64,000 nt of DNA, from contig OZ059895.1 of the NCBI GenBank assembly GCA_964057225.1, forward strand, positions 15,190,001 to 15,254,000, in the 5' to 3' direction. Of the stretch, positions 1 to 11,419 are shown one piece after another. The first letter of the stretch is position 1, and each line of letters opens with the position of its first letter. The notes below the pieces were generated by a model. It was given only the letters and a program-made list of their open reading frames with translations. It ran no database searches and was not told where the DNA came from. Made by a program: the position numbers and the translations under genes. Source of the stretch: Auanema rhodensis (Eukaryota > Animalia > Nematoda).

Positions 1-840
1 ACAATTCTTTTTCTTTGAATAGTATGTAACATTTCCAACTCCGTTATCACAGCCTGAATTTTTCTATGGCTTTACAGAATGGATAGAGCATTCCTATTCG
101 CACTATGACAATTAATTCTGAATCAGATTTTTTTTGCTTCAAGATTACATCATCATGTTAAAAATACATTTTTTTCAGTCAAATTCTATCTTCTTCCTCA
201 ATTAATCTCATTTTTTGTCTATCTTACCGCCACTGTGCTGAATTTGAACGCTGTAATGGGAGGGACAAGCTGAGAAGACTGAGAGCTTGTGAGAAGAGTA
301 TGCCGAGCACTAGTTCTGCTGCTGGCTTGACTACTTTTTCATACTCAAAAAACTTCTTTTAAACTTCCGCTCAGCATTTTTTATTGCAAATGTTCGTTTA
401 AAAGTTTAAAGAAGTTGTTGAAATTATGTTTTCGTGCTCATAATTCTATGAAATTGCTTTCTTGCACTCTGTAGTTTTCCCATTTACTGCAAAATCCAGG
501 AGATGGTTTGTATCGTTTATTCTGACTTCTGACTTCTCCTTTTCGTCTTTTCTCGTTGTCTCCTATCTCTCCAGAATACCTTTTCTTCATTCTCTAAGCA
601 TAAGTGCACCAAATGCTAATTAAGTTTTAACAGTTTTTAGTGAAATAGTCGAATAACTTTACACATTTTGCCAATTAGTTTTTCAAAGACGCACACTAGT
701 TTTCTTGTTGTTGTAGCTGACGTCTCTCCCTAAGCATACTGCTCCAGCAAAACCATCTGTATTAGGCTTTTCCTCACTTTACTCTTGAATTATCGTTCTC
801 ATAATCCGATAATAATATCTCATTTTCATAGAGGGTAATC

Positions 841-2759
841 ATGACTTGTGGGACACTACGTCGTTCATCAACACTCAACGACACAACTCTGCTACCAAAT
901 TATAAAAAATTTGAATTAAAACATGATCTCAACGACAATCGGGTAATTACTAAAGTAATTTAGTTTGGCTTCTTTTTTTTTCAAATTTCAGTTAATATTA
1001 AGTGTGTTAATGCTTTTGTGTGTGATTTTGGAGTGTGCATCTATTCAGTTTTGCTTCAAATTCTTTTTTTTTTTGGCTAATTTTCTCTTTTCTAACAAAT
1101 CTTCAATTTCAGGTAGCTGACGAAGAAAAACTTGAAAAGATAGTTGAAGAACGATGCTTTGCTTGGTCTTGGCCTTTTTGTACCGAAGGTAAGAGTCTGA
1201 TCTTATATTCCAAAACTTTTTTTCGAATTTTTTGAACTTCACTTGAAGATGTAATAATGTTTGAAAGAATTATCTATAATGCTCAAGTTTTTCATCTTTA
1301 AAGGTCTGGCTCATGGAGCTTACACAAGAGAAAAATTCATCGTATGTCTACCATTCAACAAAGGAGGAACAGGAGATAAGAACGGAACGGTTTGTAAAGT
1401 TTAAAGCTTTTCCTTGAACCTTGAAAGAGAGGACTTCCTTCTTCAATATGCTTGCACGTAGATGAACGAGGCCGCGTGAAATATGTGATCTCGTAGAACT
1501 TCAGAGAGATATTTCCAATTGTCTTCAATCTTTTCACGTAATCGGACTCGGCTTTCTCTTATAGTTTGTAGTAGAATCTTCTTTTGAATTGACAGCTGAC
1601 AGACAATATCAGGATTACTTTTGTCTTGACTGATGACGTTGTGTAATATTGAGGAAGAATATATTGTGAATAGCATGATAGAGAGAGAGTAAAAGGAAAA
1701 GAGGAAGAGAGAAAGAATGAGAGAGAAAATATCTAAGGAGTTTTGAAACGAATGAGGTGCTAAGCCATCCGAGTGCCTATCCAATTTCTGAACTAAAGTT
1801 TCAATGTAAATATACATCTTGTAAACTAATAATTCGCCGAAAGCTTTATACATCCGGAAAATGTCTATTATTGGCACACTTTTCTTCAGGTTATATAGAT
1901 CTAAAACACTTGGATAAACAAGAAAACCAACCTAACAACATGCTCCATCATCTTTTAACTTGGTCGAGGGTGTGAGATATCAAGTTCAAGATAAAAACCT
2001 AAAATTGATTGAATAGCAAAGCTACATCATAGACACCTTGGTTCAATTTTTGACAATTTTAAAACCTCTGATGGCAACTATTGGCCGGTCAGAGAGAGAG
2101 AGAGAGAGAGAAAAAGAGAGATCATGAATTTCACATCCTTACCAAGCTTACTGCTACCCCTTTACAGACAAAGCGATTTGAAAACATCTCAGCCAGCAAC
2201 TATTCATGGAGTTTAGGCTTATCTCGTGACGCCAAGTTAGGTTCAACCTGCTTTTGGCGCTTAGAAATTGAAGTTCATCGTCATACTAATTCCATAGTAC
2301 TTATCGCATCCAGGTAAATGAAGTTATGAATCGTTTACAAATGAAAATCGTTAATTTTCCAGAGATATTAGTCGTTATAACGAAAATACTAAACGATTAA
2401 AGCGTGTTCGCAAAGTATACAAGTTAGTTTAATGATTATTATTATAGAATAATTCAATTTTTTCTTGCAATTATCAATAAAAATGGAAAATGAAATCAAA
2501 ATAATTAGAAATACATATAAGCCTAACTATACATGTTCAAGTTTCAATTGAATTATGTACTTTTAGACTAATACGTACTACTGTAGCTATTACAGTATCT
2601 TAAATTCGTCCAATGTTTAACGATTGTACTTTTAGCCTTCCGGACATTTATGATGTTACTACAACAACTACAACCATGTATGATTGGGCTGTTGTAATTG
2701 AAGCTAAGAGACGACATGTCTATCGTCCATTATTGAAGCGTTCAGATACTTCAAACTAA
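841..2759 (+). CDS. Orphan multi-exon protein-coding gene, function unknown
   Basis: Phase-compatible exons with GT/AG sites: 841-942 (MTCGTLRRSS..), 1113-1188 (VADEEKLEKIVEERCFAWSWPFCTE), ~1890-1969, ~2168-2236, ~2363-2422, ~2637-2759 (LPDIYDV..RPLLKRSDTSN*). A possible extra exon at ~1304 is unresolved. No recognised domain. Confidence 0.55.
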
Positions 2760-3760
2760 CTATTATAACTATGTATTTAACTATATATATATTTTCTTTG
2801 AATCCTAAAGAAAATATAGTTAACATACAAAATATATAATATACATATATCATATTGTACATTTCCTTTCTATTTTATTTGTATTCATGCTTTCAACATG
2901 ATATATTCTGGAAAGAATCTTGAACTATGAGATTCGAATCGCATCTGAAATCTCGTCTGAAGTACACAAGTTCTTCATCTACACATCATATAAACTGACG
3001 ACTAGGCTCTATACTACTACCATTATTCTAATCTACTGTCTCATATACGTGAAGTAATTTGTTAATCTCACGTACATTTTACGTCAAACGAAATCTAGAC
3101 ATTCTAATTCTCATAACGAACGAGAACGGTTGCTATAATTCTCATCAACTTTTTAATTAATATCTTTAATTATTATTCAAATCAATTTTATTTTAGTTAA
3201 ATATATATTAATTTTTTTTTAAACAAAATATATATTTAGTTTAATTATATATAAACAAAAAAAATTAATAAATAATGTATATAATATAATAAAATGAATT
3301 TGACTTAGTTTACGATGTAGTTTGCTTCTTCATATTTTTCTTTTTCATCATCGTCTCTGTGTGTATATTTTTATTTTAAGAAAAAAAATTGTTTTATAGT
3401 TATGTACAGAAGATAAAAAAAAATTTATCGAATCGCCGGTTCATCAAATAGGTATTTTGGAAGAAAAAAACGTTCAAAAACATTTGTTCTAGAGTACATA
3501 TACGGTATGGGGGTAGAGGGAACAGGGAGGGATGGAGGGACGGAGTGTATCTTCCATAAGATGGACAACTCACTGTTAGTTCTTTCAACTTTGAACTATC
3601 AAACGTTGAAAGATCGTATACAGAGGGAAAGACGGTATTTCACCGGAAATATGGAATGTATCCATTGAAGAATGATAAAGAAATAAATAGAATAACGTAT
3701 TATACAGTTCAATTATGAATATTTCTTGGAGATTATGAAACAAGAGAAGAGGAAACTAGG

Positions 3761-3761
<1 letters not shown>

Positions 3762-3828
<67 letters not shown>
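3762..3828. repeat. (GA)n microsatellite
   Basis: Directly visible, near-perfect GA tract. Confidence 0.95.
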
Positions 3829-3830
<2 letters not shown>

Positions 3831-3944
3831 GATTAGATGAGAGAAGAACATGGAGATGTTGAATTTGAGGTGATGTGAACTAACTATATGGCAACAGTCT
3901 CATCTATTTGAGATGATATTTGGTATGATTGAAAAGAAAGAAAA

Positions 3945-4647
3945 TCAAACACTAGTCGGTTCAGTTGGGGATCGATCCTGAAAATTGGAAAAATATTGGA
4001 ATCCTCGTTGTTTTTTCTTAAATAATTACCTGAATAGCAACAGGAAGTGAAATAGGTACAGCGGGAACGTTCTGATTACACGAGCGACGTCTGAAAATGG
4101 AATTGTTACACATGAGATGAAGATTGTATGTGAATGATGTTGAAGTTCATAGTTGTAACAAGACTACAGTAAGATTTGGTATCATGATTGTGAATGTAAT
4201 GTAAGAGATATCATTCGAAATCGAACCTCTTGATTGGTCTTGTAGCTTTGTCGTCGTCATCGTCTTTCTGATCACTAGTTGTGAATGGATCAGCTGGTGG
4301 TATCTCATCTCTACATTCAGACTCAGCAAATAGTTGGCTAAGTGCAGCAACAGCTCGCTTTCTGAAATGCGGCGTAAAAAGCCATCTTATGAATGATCAT
4401 CAGCTACAAACCTAGATAGATGTGGACGAGATGGAAGCTGAATATGCTCATCAGCAGGCTCTTCAAAGTCTCTACTGTAATGGAAGGAAAAAAGTTTTTC
4501 AGTTATATGTTCAGTCAGTATTTACCGTGAGGCAATGCTGACGAGCAAGCCTTCCAGCATCATCATTTCCTCTCGATATTCAGCAACCTTTTGATCAAGC
4601 TCAGCATATCTTTCGAATAATTGTTCTTCAACTGTATCGATATTCAT
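3945..4647 (-). CDS. Orphan 5-exon gene (~136 aa) with N-terminal coiled-coil-like segment and basic NLS-like motif
   Basis: Four GT-AG introns join in frame (phases 2,2,2,0): MNIDTVEEQLFERYAELDQKVAEYREEMMMLEGLLVSIASR/RDFEEPADEHIQLPSRPHLSR/KRAVAALSQLF..RPIKR/RRSCNQNVPAVPISLPVAIQ/DRSPTEPTSV*. The true 5' end may lie further upstream. Confidence 0.65.
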
Positions 4648-5065
4648 AATTTTTTCTTGTTCTTCTCCTGCTTTTTAACCTAAAATACATAGAATAACAT
4701 TTGAAAAATAAGAAAAAAATGAAATAAGAATAAGAAAATCAAATACGGATGGTTACAACGACATACAAATGAAAAACATTGTTTAGAGTTACTTTGCAAA
4801 TTCATTGAAGTTGAGATAGTAGTTGTTACTCTTATCAATTGTCATCATAGATTCTGCTAAATCACGACTTCTTATCCATTTCTCACAACAGTTTATTTGA
4901 AAATGAGAAAGTGTGAGAGAGCTGATGATGATAACTGGAAAAAGCGGGTGAGAGGGAAAGAGAGGGAGGAGTGAGCAAATGGATAGTGAAATGAGGAGGA
5001 GATGCAGTATAAGGAAAGTCAGCCAAAAGACTAATAGAGATAAGAAGAGTATCGAGAATGCTGGT

Positions 5066-5069
<4 letters not shown>

Positions 5070-5146
<77 letters not shown>
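5070..5146. repeat. (GA)n microsatellite
   Basis: Perfect GA tract of ~38 units. Confidence 0.95.
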
Positions 5147-5150
<4 letters not shown>

Positions 5151-7975
5151 GAAGAGAGAATGATTCTTTACCAAATCATTAGTAACTATATGATAAACGT
5201 TAATATACTATAGTTCAGATCCATTCATCCGTCTGCAACAACAATAGACAACAACGAGCAGCATATGAACTACGAAATACAATTTTTCAAAAATTTTCTT
5301 TCCTCCTTTCATTTAAACCAAAAATACACGTACAAACCCAGAGTGATTTACAAGAAAAACGACATAATTCTATTGAAATATTTTGTACAAAATGAATAAA
5401 AGTGTGTTCAATCCAACCGTGTTGTGTTTGTTTTCAATTTAAAATGAAAATCTTCACGTGTTCACGTGAAGGTGACGTGAGAATAGGCTCAATGGCATTG
5501 GTATATGAGTACTGTTGTATTGAATTTTCAATAGAATGAAGCTTATAGAGAATGAAAATGAGATGATGTTGAAGCGCAAAATTGCAGTTTCAATTGAAAT
5601 TTGCTCATCACATGTTAGTACAGTATTCATATACAATCTCTTATCGACATCTTGAGCTTACAGCATATTCGCATATTGGGTTGTTTCAGCAATACACAGT
5701 ATGATCATACTTCTCTAGAATATTGAAAAACTATAGATAATGTTTGAATAATATTATGAAAAAGTCATTAAAGTTATAATATTTGATGAAAAGAAACGGC
5801 TGATTAGTCGAAATAGTTAGCATAGTTAAGCATTTGGAAAGCTGATATATACAGTGATTGACAAATGAATATTAATGTAGTTATAACTGTATTTGATTAT
5901 ACATATGACAAGTTTAAATGAAAAATCTAGACAAAAGACAGAGAAATGAGGGGGAGAACGGCTGGAATGGGCGCAGCTCGAACAAGCTACAATCAAATAT
6001 TTCATGCTCAAAACATCGTTGAGCAGTTCTATAATGACATAATGCTGTTAATAGAACTCTGGAAATAGAGCAGAGTTTTCATTTGGCTCTGCAACCATAC
6101 CAACTCAATCTAATTTAGATAGACACCAGGTATGGCAGCCAGGAATGAAGCAACTCTGAGGATAATGAGGAAATATTCCAGCTGCTATTTCAATCAGGCG
6201 GATTAGCTTTTGGGCTTGTTATCTGAGAGCTGAACGACCTGTTTCTAAGTCGTCAGAAATAGCTAACAGTCAACACCAATTATGAGCTGTGACAATGGTT
6301 GATGAGCCGACAAACAGTAGGAGGTGAGAGATAGATCTGGAGAAGCTGGTGAGACATGTGTTTGCATGTGATGACAAGCTATCAGAGCAAGTGGATAAGC
6401 ATGAGACACGAACATCAGGTGAAGATAAGTAGGCTTTAGAGCTCATCTACGATTATGTCTCTGACTCCCGAGATGTTAAAGTGAAGAAAGCATGAGCTAT
6501 AGAGAGGATGAAAGAGATGGGAGCCATTAAGCTGAACCTGTCAGCAATCTGGCTGTAGAAATGTACCTAGAGCATGATGGACACATTAGTGCGAATATCT
6601 TCTAAAAGGTTAAAAGAGCGTGAATTCATAAGAAATTGAGGGGAGAATCCATTTCCTGTCTTCATATATTATTCCTAGACAATTTCTACCTGAGTTCCTT
6701 TTCTCTCTCTCTCTCTTTATCTCTCTCTAAGAATTATGTTGGAAAGTCAATGTAATGTGATTGGCCATTTACGTAAAACATTATGTCTCGATATTGCGTT
6801 CTCATGCCCCCTATCTCTCTCTCCCTTTCTCCTTCGCTCCGTTAATGGATGGCACACCTGGTGCAGACTGTCAAGGAGACAAGACTATGAGTCCTTACTC
6901 CTGCATGTCTCTCTCTCTCTCTCTTTCAGTTGATGGCAATCTTGAAATTCTATTATATAATAGAATATATATATATGTATTACAATAAAATTACGTATTA
7001 TACGCAATATATTATATAAAAATAAATATTTTTGTTGATAGTGAAGATACTGGATGATTACACATGTGAGGATTGTTCGGAAACAAGATGAAAACATATG
7101 AATAAAGAGGATGATAACTGGCAAATCTTGCCTTGATTCTAATAAGAAACAACACATGCTTACTGTAGTTTGACAAAAGATTAAGTTTTTTTCAGGGATA
7201 AATGTTTAAATGACGGATATAATCAAGCAAAATTGATAAGATTTATGTGTTGCATTGCGCCAAATTTGCTATCGAAATTGCAACTTGCCTCGTTTGTGCT
7301 TGCAAAACGATATTAACATCAACTCCACAATCACAAGCATATCTTATGGCAATTGGAAGCCTAATATGGTTTTGATATTGAGGTTCAATCAACCTCACCA
7401 ATACATACAGCCAGGTGCTGAAGCTTAATCACCTTAGGACTAATGCCTGCTGTTTACAACCCGCCAATGAATAGGTCATTTAGCGTTGTTGTCATGATGA
7501 AGACGAAAATCCCGAATTAATTGCAAACTACCATACAATTCAATAACGTACGTGTATGAGCAAACAAGGTAAAGAGCAAGAAAATCTTTCATTTACCGCA
7601 TATTTTCTAAAAATATTGAAGGACGGAGAGAGAGAGAGAGAGGGGGGGAAATGGCGATGATGGTACTGCACACAGGGCTGTTGGATGAAGCTGCTACAGT
7701 TTTCTAAGAATTATGCAAAATGATTCTACTACGTAGCTGTCCGTAAGCGAAATTTCAAAGCAAAATAGAATAGAGGGATTGAAAAAGGAAAATAGTGATA
7801 GAACAACAGAGCAAAATGAAAGTTTTGGAATTTTTGAAGAAGAAGGAGGGACAGGTGGAGCATACACCAACACACACACTTGCTCACTCGCTCACGATAA
7901 AAGCGGAATGGAGAGCCAGGCGGCGCTTTCATGAAAATGAGAAATGAGCACAAGAAGTTGAATGATATATCGATG

Positions 7976-7989
7976 GTTTCCATAGCAAC
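7976..7989. promoter_or_regulatory. RFX/DAF-19 X-box
   Basis: GTTTCCATAGCAAC fits the canonical 14-bp X-box (GTHNYY-AT-RRNAAC). Confidence 0.6.
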
Positions 7990-9626
7990 CATCATCAGAT
8001 GAAGACGAGTGTATCGAGCATAATGGACAAATAACGAAAAATATTGGTGAAAATACAATGTAATTCTTGAAACTGCAGTCAATGTAATGAAATAAACAAA
8101 TAAATTTAAAGATATAATAGAAAAATTTGGTAATGGATGGATTATGAAGCGAAATGAAGTGAGAATGAGATAAAAGAGATTTGAGGGAGTCAAATTAGTA
8201 GCATAAGGTAGTGATTGAGCTTATGGAAATTATAATTTTCGAGGCAAAAATTTTTGAGAAATAGTAATAAGGGAGAAGGGAGAGAGCGAGAGAGAGAGAG
8301 AAGTATTTGAAAATGAAACAAATTTAGAAAAAATGATAGCTCAGAGTTCGAAAAACGAAAAGTTGTTGAGTAGTCTGTTCTGCTCATTCGAGACATTTCA
8401 AAGCTGCCACACGACACAGTTGGAGATATTGAGAGTTAGAGGTGAGAAGGGGACAACATCCCCCAAGAAAGGATGCTGTTCACAAAGTGCTGTACGAGCA
8501 TATGTAGTGCTTGGAGCATTACAAGAGCAAAGACGGATGAATAAGGAGAGACTAAAAGGCTGAGGAGGAGAAATCGTTAGTATTGCGCACAAATCACCTC
8601 CATCACTTGTCTCTTTTACCTTCCTTCTCTTCACTATCCATTCTGTGTTCTCTCCTTCTCCCTCTCTATCTCTCTCTCTTATTTCGTTTATTCTCTCTGA
8701 GCTCTCTGAGCTAGATGCTCTCGTTATATCGTGTTTTCTCTTTATGTTAAGATCTATATGTTTGTATGTGAACAAACATTGAAATGCTTTTGGTTCACAG
8801 CTTGAAAGATAAGATACGAGGAGGAGAAGAGGATGATGACGAAGACATAGATAAAGAGAGAGAGGAAGAGATAGATAGAGAGAGAGAGGGGGAGAGGAAA
8901 AGAACAAAAAAAGAAGAAGAAAGAAGAATTAGTTAGTCCCAATAAGGCTAATCTCTTGTTCAACATGTATCTATTTGAATACAATTTATAATAAAATAAA
9001 AAAAAAAGATAATTCCACTCAAAGATTAGACGACCAAAATCAAAATGTTATTATAATCCGCAAATATTATTAAAATACGGAAAGTGCGACTAATGTGGTT
9101 TAAAATAAAAGAGAAAAAATGTCATTTTAACAGAGAATTGATGACGGTTAAAGATTGGCTGGTAATTATTCAGAATAAAGTCATCAACTCCGGTACATGG
9201 CCAGTCAGTCTCTGACGATCGAGAGGTGCGCATGCTAGAAGAGAGAAAGAGAGAGAGAGAGAGAGAGGTACCGGGTGGGCGGCCTGTGAAGAAGGGGTGT
9301 GGAGGTGGTGATGAAGACGATGGCCGGAGAGGGAAACTTGGAAGAAGAGAACATGAAGACAGAATGATCTACAGATAACAAATCTCTATATGTATGATGA
9401 GAGACGTCAGACAGTCAAAGATAGAAGGACGTAATGAGGTCATAGATGGTAAAGGTCTGATATCAATTAGATAGCTGACTCCAGATTTTCATGCTCCAAT
9501 CGAGGCACTCAGTATATCTGTCAGTTATCTCTATTCATTGGTCTCACATCATACAGTCCAATGCAAGAAATTATAGATTAGAACAACATTGAGACATATA
9601 TAGACATACATACATACAATCAGAAA

Positions 9627-9676
9627 GCCAGTCAGCCAGTTAGTCAGTCAGTTAGTTCGTCAGCCAGTCAGCCAGA
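9627..9676. repeat. Degenerate (AGYY)n tetranucleotide repeat
   Basis: agccagtcagccagttagtcagtcagttagttcgtcagccagtcagccag. Confidence 0.8.
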
Positions 9677-11419
9677 CGAAGAAAGCCGTAAATGAAGTGA
9701 AAAGATAGAGACAATTTCCTACATCATATTGGCCTTGGAGAGACTGTGTGTGGCGACTTCTTCTAATTTCGGATGTACGGGTACTGTATCCGACGTTCAG
9801 ACTTAACAAACACGTTTTTCAATTATGTTTTGAGAGAGAAAAACAAAAAAATTTGGCCAAAAATTCTGCTTTCATCAACCTTTTAAACGCCTGGATTCAC
9901 AAAAAGAAAAGTTGGAACGAGGAAATGATGTTCTACAAGTGAAAAACTAATCGAATTTTCAAAAAAATAATCATCAAGTTCAAGAAAAAGGCTAATAAAG
10001 CAGCATGTCCAGCATTGTCAAACATTATTATATCATAGAAAGAAGTTAAAACTGTGTGTATGTGGTTATTTGAATGTGCAGAGTAGACGGCTGTCTTGTG
10101 TGACCAACACAGAGGGAGAAAAAGACACAGAGAGAGAGAGAGAGAGAATTGTAGTCGAGGGGGGATGACGATGGAGTAAGGTGGTTGGTGTTAGGAGAAG
10201 GATAAGAAGGAAACAGAGATACGGGGAGTGGATTTCGGTGAGGCTTTAAGGAGACGACACAGAGAGCAAGAGAGAATATCCGTGTGGTTACATATTATCC
10301 AATTCCCTTCTCTCTCTCTCTCTTTCTCTCTCTCCCTCTCTCTCTCTCTGAAAATTTCTCCAAAGTTCAATCTTTGTAATTCCAAATTGATTGATTATAA
10401 ATTTTATCTTGCTATGTAAGCAACAGAACATTTTGTCGCAAGACAATTTCCTTTGAAATTAAAAAAAAAAAAAAGAAAAAAGAAGAGAAATAATTCCGTT
10501 TGAACTACATTTATAAACTGATAATCAGTGATTACGATGGATGCTTTGAAAATGTTTCTCAGTTTCCATCTTTGAACGAAAAATCGTCGTCTTTTCTCGT
10601 TCCTGGCTGGCATTATCAACAACGGAACTTTCGTTTCTGTAGAAATGCGCGAATTTCAGCAAAAATTTTGTGGAAGAACAAACCTAAGTGCACATGAAGT
10701 TTTACATTTCATATTTCAAGATCTCGAACTTGCAAACCATTATCAGACTGGCCAGGATATCTTTCAGACTTTCTCTATCTCTCTCTCTCTTCCTCTCTAA
10801 AGCTAGTCCAATTCACAATATCACCTAGCTAACTTCTTCTTCTTCTTTCTTTTTCAAGAAAAATAGTCATTTCATCAATAACAAAGACGAAAAATGGGCC
10901 AAAAAGAGAGAATACAAGTAGAAAAATGAATTAAAATTCTTTTTGATTCATTAAATCTGTTAACTATACTAGTCATTATCCAATCTAAGACGACCTTTTA
11001 CCTCTTATTTTGCGGTTTTCGACTGAACAACGGAAAACGATGACGATATGATCTGACCTCCAATAGATCAAATCCATTTCCCCCCATTCCCTCTCTATCT
11101 CTCTCTATCTCCCATTCCCCTGCTCTCTCTCTCTCTCTATCTCAATCAAGACTAAAATTCCTTAAACAGTTATCTATTATAATATTTATGTTACAATTAA
11201 ATTATAAATTAATAGAACAATATAAAACATATAATATGATATTTACATTTATCAGAACACAGACGTTTCTTCGAAAAGCTTTTAGATTATTGATGCAATT
11301 ACCAACTTTATCCAACTTTTTTTTTAAATTAAAACTTGAATTAATGAAGTATTTATAGTTTCAATGTATTTATTATATTTATTAATACAAGTAATTTCTT
11401 ATATGTTTCTTAATTCAGT

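Noticed and set aside
1443-1877. 144-aa antisense ORF inside the first orphan gene
   Set aside because: The 5' half is TC-repeat-derived and no convincing exon chain was found on that strand.
2517-2527. TAAGCCTAA as a telomerase-RNA template or telomeric seed (also ~35419)
   Set aside because: Isolated 9-mers in AT-rich or very short introns, with no surrounding structure or array.
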